Source: Octopus sinensis
Lineage: Eukaryota
Length of the DNA: 11,635 nucleotides
Direction of reading: 5' to 3'
Assembly (NCBI RefSeq): GCF_006345805.1
Contig: NW_021827293.1
Span: forward strand, 1-11,635
The position numbers and the translations under genes are program-made. The notes under the pieces were generated by a model. That model did not search any database, was not told where the DNA came from, and saw nothing but the letters and a program-made list of their open reading frames with translations. Each line of letters begins with the position of its first letter. Positions within the stretch are counted from its first letter, which is position 1. Positions 8,292 to 11,635 of this stretch are shown here, piece by piece.

Positions 8292-9103
8292 TGAAGATTA
8301 TTTCCGTCATTACTTAGATTTTACTCTAAAATAATATTGATGTCTAATAATATTTCTCCCCCACCGGAAAATATGGGAGACAACTCCAGACACGTTTCAT
8401 TTTGTTGAAGCTCCTCAAGAGAGATGCAGCCTCTCTGTAAGTCAGAAAAATTAAACATGTATAAAGTTTATTTTGTAGTCTATCTCTTACTACACACTAA
8501 CAAATGTGGTCTTCAGCAAGTTTTATTTGAGACTGAGTCGTTTATGTTGCCGGGTTGCGCAACATGGATGCCTTTCTCTTGCAGAGCTTCAATGACACAA
8601 GTCACATTGTTTTTTCACCTTTGAATGGGAAATTTCTTTAAGTGTAATCTGAATATTTATCTTTGTTCTGGTTTAAGCAGAAGAAGAAAGGCAGCGTCCA
8701 TGAGATACTATCAATGTCCCCCTGGTCTTGTGACTAGAAGAAAGAATTTATACCGAAACTGGCAGTGTGGTTCGAATATTTGCACCCATCAAACCTCAAC
8801 TAACCACTGCACCTAGTCTTTTCTTCCAAGAATGTCGGACCCTTGTAATTTCTTCTCTCTGCTCGTTTTCCCTGTAATGGTTTAAGGAAAACATTAACGG
8901 CATCAATGTCACCGGTCTTGGAGAACCAGCAAAGGCTGCAGACGTAATTTTTTCCAACAATAGAACCCCCCCCCCCCAAAAAAAAAAAAACTGAGAGCAT
9001 TCTGCTACAATACCCAAAGACGAGGTGGTGTCTTTTTTAACTGAGTGACGGATGAAATCTACCCTCATATCGGAATATATTTCGGATTTTTAATGTTTTA
9101 GTG

Positions 9104-9344
9104 CAGCGGTTCTCATCTGGACTCCATATAAGATTTTGATGTTAAAATTTATCTGCAATAAATTAATTATACACCTGCAATATACAAAATATCTTAATTT
9201 TTCTTATAGAATTCCTAATAATATTTAATTTTTAATTATAAAAATATAATAGGACATATAAAATATGGAATGGTTATGAGGATCTACCCGAATAAAATGG
9301 GAATGAAAGGGGTCCATAGACAAAAAAAGGGTAGAGAACCACTG
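9104..9344. mobile_element. hAT (Charlie/MER5-like) non-autonomous MITE, 241 bp
   Basis: TIRs CAGCGGTTCTC (9104-9114) and GAGAACCACTG (9334-9344), 10/11 match. Flanks TTTTAGTG (9096-9103) and TTCTAATG (9345-9352) form a 6/8 degenerate 8-bp TSD with central TA, typical of hAT-Charlie. Confidence 0.82.
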
Positions 9345-9379
9345 TTCTAATGATTAATTAAGATTCCACCGAAATAATT

Positions 9380-9608
9380 CTGTTGTGTCTGGAGAGAGTC
9401 ATTCTCTTTTAGTGCCTTATAATTTAACACACTCACCGGTAAAATTTCACTTTAAAAAAAAATTTAAAAAAGAAAGAAGTGGAAATTTTACCGGTGAGTG
9501 TGTTAAATTATAAGGTACTAAAAGAGAATGACTCTCCCCAGACACAACAGAATATGCTTCAACATACGAACTCACATAAAGAATCTTGGAAACAAAATCC
9601 AAAAACGG
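9380..9608. mobile_element. Asymmetric fold-back insertion (hairpin arms about 73 bp plus 58-bp unpaired tail) with 12-bp TSD
   Basis: 9380-9452 is the reverse complement of 9477-9550 (two substitutions, one indel) around an A-rich 24-nt spacer. Perfect direct repeat ACCGAAATAATT at 9368-9379 and 9609-9620. Confidence 0.8.
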
Positions 9609-9686
9609 ACCGAAATAATTGTTTTATTGTTAGGCGCAAGAGAAAAAATAACAAAGAGTGGAATGGTTTCCTATTGTTTTCTTCAG

Positions 9687-9711
9687 ACTTATCAAGAGAA
9701 CAGCACTTCGG
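9687..9711 (+). other. Candidate 25-nt microexon
   Basis: Acceptor TTTCCTATTGTTTTCTTCAG immediately before and donor G/GTAAGC immediately after; reads TYQENSTS in phase 0. Splice signals only, no homology evidence. Confidence 0.3.
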
Positions 9712-9760
9712 GTAAGCAAGCCTTCATTAATTGTACCCCCACCACTTCTATTTCATATAT

Positions 9761-10002
9761 CTTTTACTCTCTTACTGGTTTCAGTCATTTGACTGCGGTC
9801 ATACTGGAGCACCGCCTTTAGTCGAGTAAATCGCCCCCAGGACTTATTCTTTGTAAGCCTAGTACTTATTCTATCGGTCCCTTTTGCCGAACCGCTAAGT
9901 TACGGGGACGTAAACTCACCAGCATCGGTTGTCAAGCGATGCTGGGGGGACAAACACAGACACACAAATATATACACGCATACATACATACATACATATA
10001 TT

Positions 10003-10056
<54 letters not shown>

Positions 10057-10092
10057 ATATATAATACATATACATATACAATATATAATATA

Positions 10093-10157
<65 letters not shown>

Positions 10158-10329
10158 TACATATATACGACGGCTTCTTTCAGTTTCCGTCTACCAAATT
10201 CACTCACAAGGCTTTGGTCGGCCCAAGGCTACAGTAGAAGACACTTGCCCAAGGTGCCACACAGTGGGCCTGAACCCAGAACCATGTGGTTAGTAAGCAA
10301 GCTACTTATCACGCAGCCGCTCCTGCGCC
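9761..10329 (-). mobile_element. tRNA-derived SINE family A, copy 3 (long internal TA microsatellite)
   Basis: Highly similar to 6113-6635 on both sides of a (CA)/(TA)n tract at about 9951-10167; head ends GCTCCTGCGCC. Confidence 0.93.
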
Positions 10330-10439
10330 ACAGTAAATTGTAAAACACCTAATGCTTTCGGGTACATTATCATCGACGCCGACACCATTTATGCTTCAGT
10401 TATTTACGAATAATTATGTGCTCCCTTGGGTAGCAGACT

Positions 10440-10527
10440 TGATCCTTTATCCGTTTTAAATACCTCCCCTCTATGTTTGTTTGTCCCCTCTATGTGTAGC
10501 CCCTTGTGGTCAATAAAGAAATAAGAA
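10440..10527 (+). mobile_element. Probable LINE 3' terminus (Tx1-like) with poly(A) signal
   Basis: Pyrimidine-rich stretch ending TTGTGGTCAATAAAGAAATAAGAA, similar to TTGTGTCCAATAAAAGAA that closes the Tx1-like remnant at 4221-4238. Left boundary uncertain. Confidence 0.45.
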
Positions 10528-10780
10528 ACGTTAGCACGCTGGGCGAAAAGCTTAGCGGTATTTCGTCTGTTTTACGTTCGTTTCGGGTCGATAAATTAAG
10601 TACCAGTTGCGTACTGGGGTCGATATAATTGACTGGCTCACCTCCTCCCAAAATTTCGGGTCTTGTGCCCTAGAGTAGAAATGAATCGAGGTCGATTTTG
10701 CTTCTCATCCTTTCGGGCTCAATAAATTAAATACCAGTTGCGTACTGGGGTCGATCTAATCGACTGGCCTCCCCCCTCCC
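10524..10780 (+). mobile_element. SINE family B: one copy with the B-box region deleted (10524-10686) followed by a tandem partial copy (10687-10780)
   Basis: GCTTAGCGGTATTTCGTCTG and CTTGTGCCCTAGAGTAGAA align with 7447-7600. TACCAGTTGCGTACTGGGGTCGAT occurs at 10601-10624 and 10732-10755. Confidence 0.82.
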
Positions 10781-10921
10781 GACCAAAATAATTCACTGTG
10801 ATGCCTATTACAAACTAATTAGCCTCCACATAATCACTTTCCAATCGTAAGACCCTCGACTGGTATGTCTATAATGTTCTGGAAATTGTTGAATTGATCT
10901 CATTATATCTTTCTTGATTTG

Positions 10922-11261
10922 ATTTCTCTTTTGCTTATTTCAGTCATTCGACTGTAGCCATGCTGGGGTATTGCCTTCTAGAATTTGTAATCAAATGACT
11001 CTTATATTTAAAACCCGGTACTAATTCTCTGAGTCTCTTTTCGCCGAACCGCTAAGTTATAGTTGTCAAATGGCGGTGGGAGACAAACACACACACACAT
11101 ATGACGGGATTCTTTCAGTTTCCATTTACCAAATCCACATACAAAGCTTTGGTCAGCTCGAGAATGTAGAAGAGGATGCTTAAAGTGTCACGTAGTGGGA
11201 CTGAACCCAGAACCATGTGTTTGGGAAGTACGCCTCTTTCCACACAGCTGCCCCTGCACCT
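10922..11261 (-). mobile_element. tRNA-derived SINE family A, copy 4 (old, short internal CA tract)
   Basis: GCCGAACCGCTAAGTTA, TTCTTTCAGTTTCC...ACCAAATCCAC and GGGACTGAACCCAGAACCATGTG are collinear with the other three copies. Confidence 0.88.
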
Positions 11262-11336
11262 TCTATATTATTTCTCATTAAGCTTTTAATTTATCGTTTC
11301 ACTTATTCTGTGTTTACAATATTTATCTCCCCTTAA

Positions 11337-11389
11337 TCATCATCATCATCATCAACAACAACAACAACAACAAAAACAGCAGCAGCAGC
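11337..11389. repeat. Compound (CAT)n(CAA)n(CAG)n microsatellite
   Basis: Direct reading. Confidence 0.93.
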
Positions 11390-11409
11390 TCCTGAACATT
11401 ACAATCTTA

Positions 11410-11635
11410 AGTCCCGGACTCACTGAGCCGATTACCCGGTTTCGACAGCGTATAAGTGTCCGAAATCACAATATAGGTCCTGAACGGAGGGGTATTCCCT
11501 TCGCAGAGTCACTCATTTCCACTAGAGTCGATTGGAATAACCTGAAAACGAAGTATCTTATTCAAGAAACGAAGTGTTTTGCACAATGCAAAACACTTGT
11601 CCGGGAATCGAAACCACGAATTCACAATCGCTAGC
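11410..11635 (-). mobile_element. Degenerate tRNA-derived SINE (family D, CORE-like), head cut by the window edge
   Basis: Minus-strand B-box-like GGTTTCGATTCCC at 11603-11615, followed by TTGTGCAAAACACTTCGTTTC, reminiscent of CORE-type domains. Small tandem duplication of AAACGAAGT at about 11546-11580. Confidence 0.6.

Noticed and set aside
9479-10207. ORFs 9479-9715, 9528-9821 and 9932-10207
   Set aside because: They start inside the hairpin element or run through SINE and (TA)n sequence.
2566-11635. Minus-strand bias of SINEs (six minus versus two plus loci) as evidence of a host gene
   Set aside because: Too few insertions to be significant, and the LINE fragments go both ways.

Overview
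AT-rich, non-coding eukaryotic DNA saturated with repeats. The SINE families look like those I recall from Octopus (coleoid cephalopod) genomes; that is recognition from memory, not a database result. No intact protein-coding gene is supported: the ORF track consists of translations of microsatellites, palindromes, SINEs and wrong-frame LINE remnants. The window holds four copies of a tRNA-headed SINE with an internal microsatellite (family A), pieces of three other SINE families, and degenerate fragments of three non-LTR retrotransposon clades (Tx1/L1-like, R4/Dong-like with RLE endonuclease, and RTE-like nested in the latter with a 7-bp TSD). It also holds an hAT-type MITE, two long fold-back palindromes, a perfect 135-bp duplication and many simple repeats. 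Best leads: (i) a near-canonical type I hammerhead ribozyme fold at 2473-2536 inside a small element that was later split by a SINE; (ii) a 229-bp asymmetric hairpin insertion with a perfect 12-bp TSD at 9380-9608; (iii) a LINE-type 3' end joined to a SINE head at about 10524; (iv) a central module shared by two otherwise different SINE families; (v) a candidate 25-nt microexon at 9687-9711.
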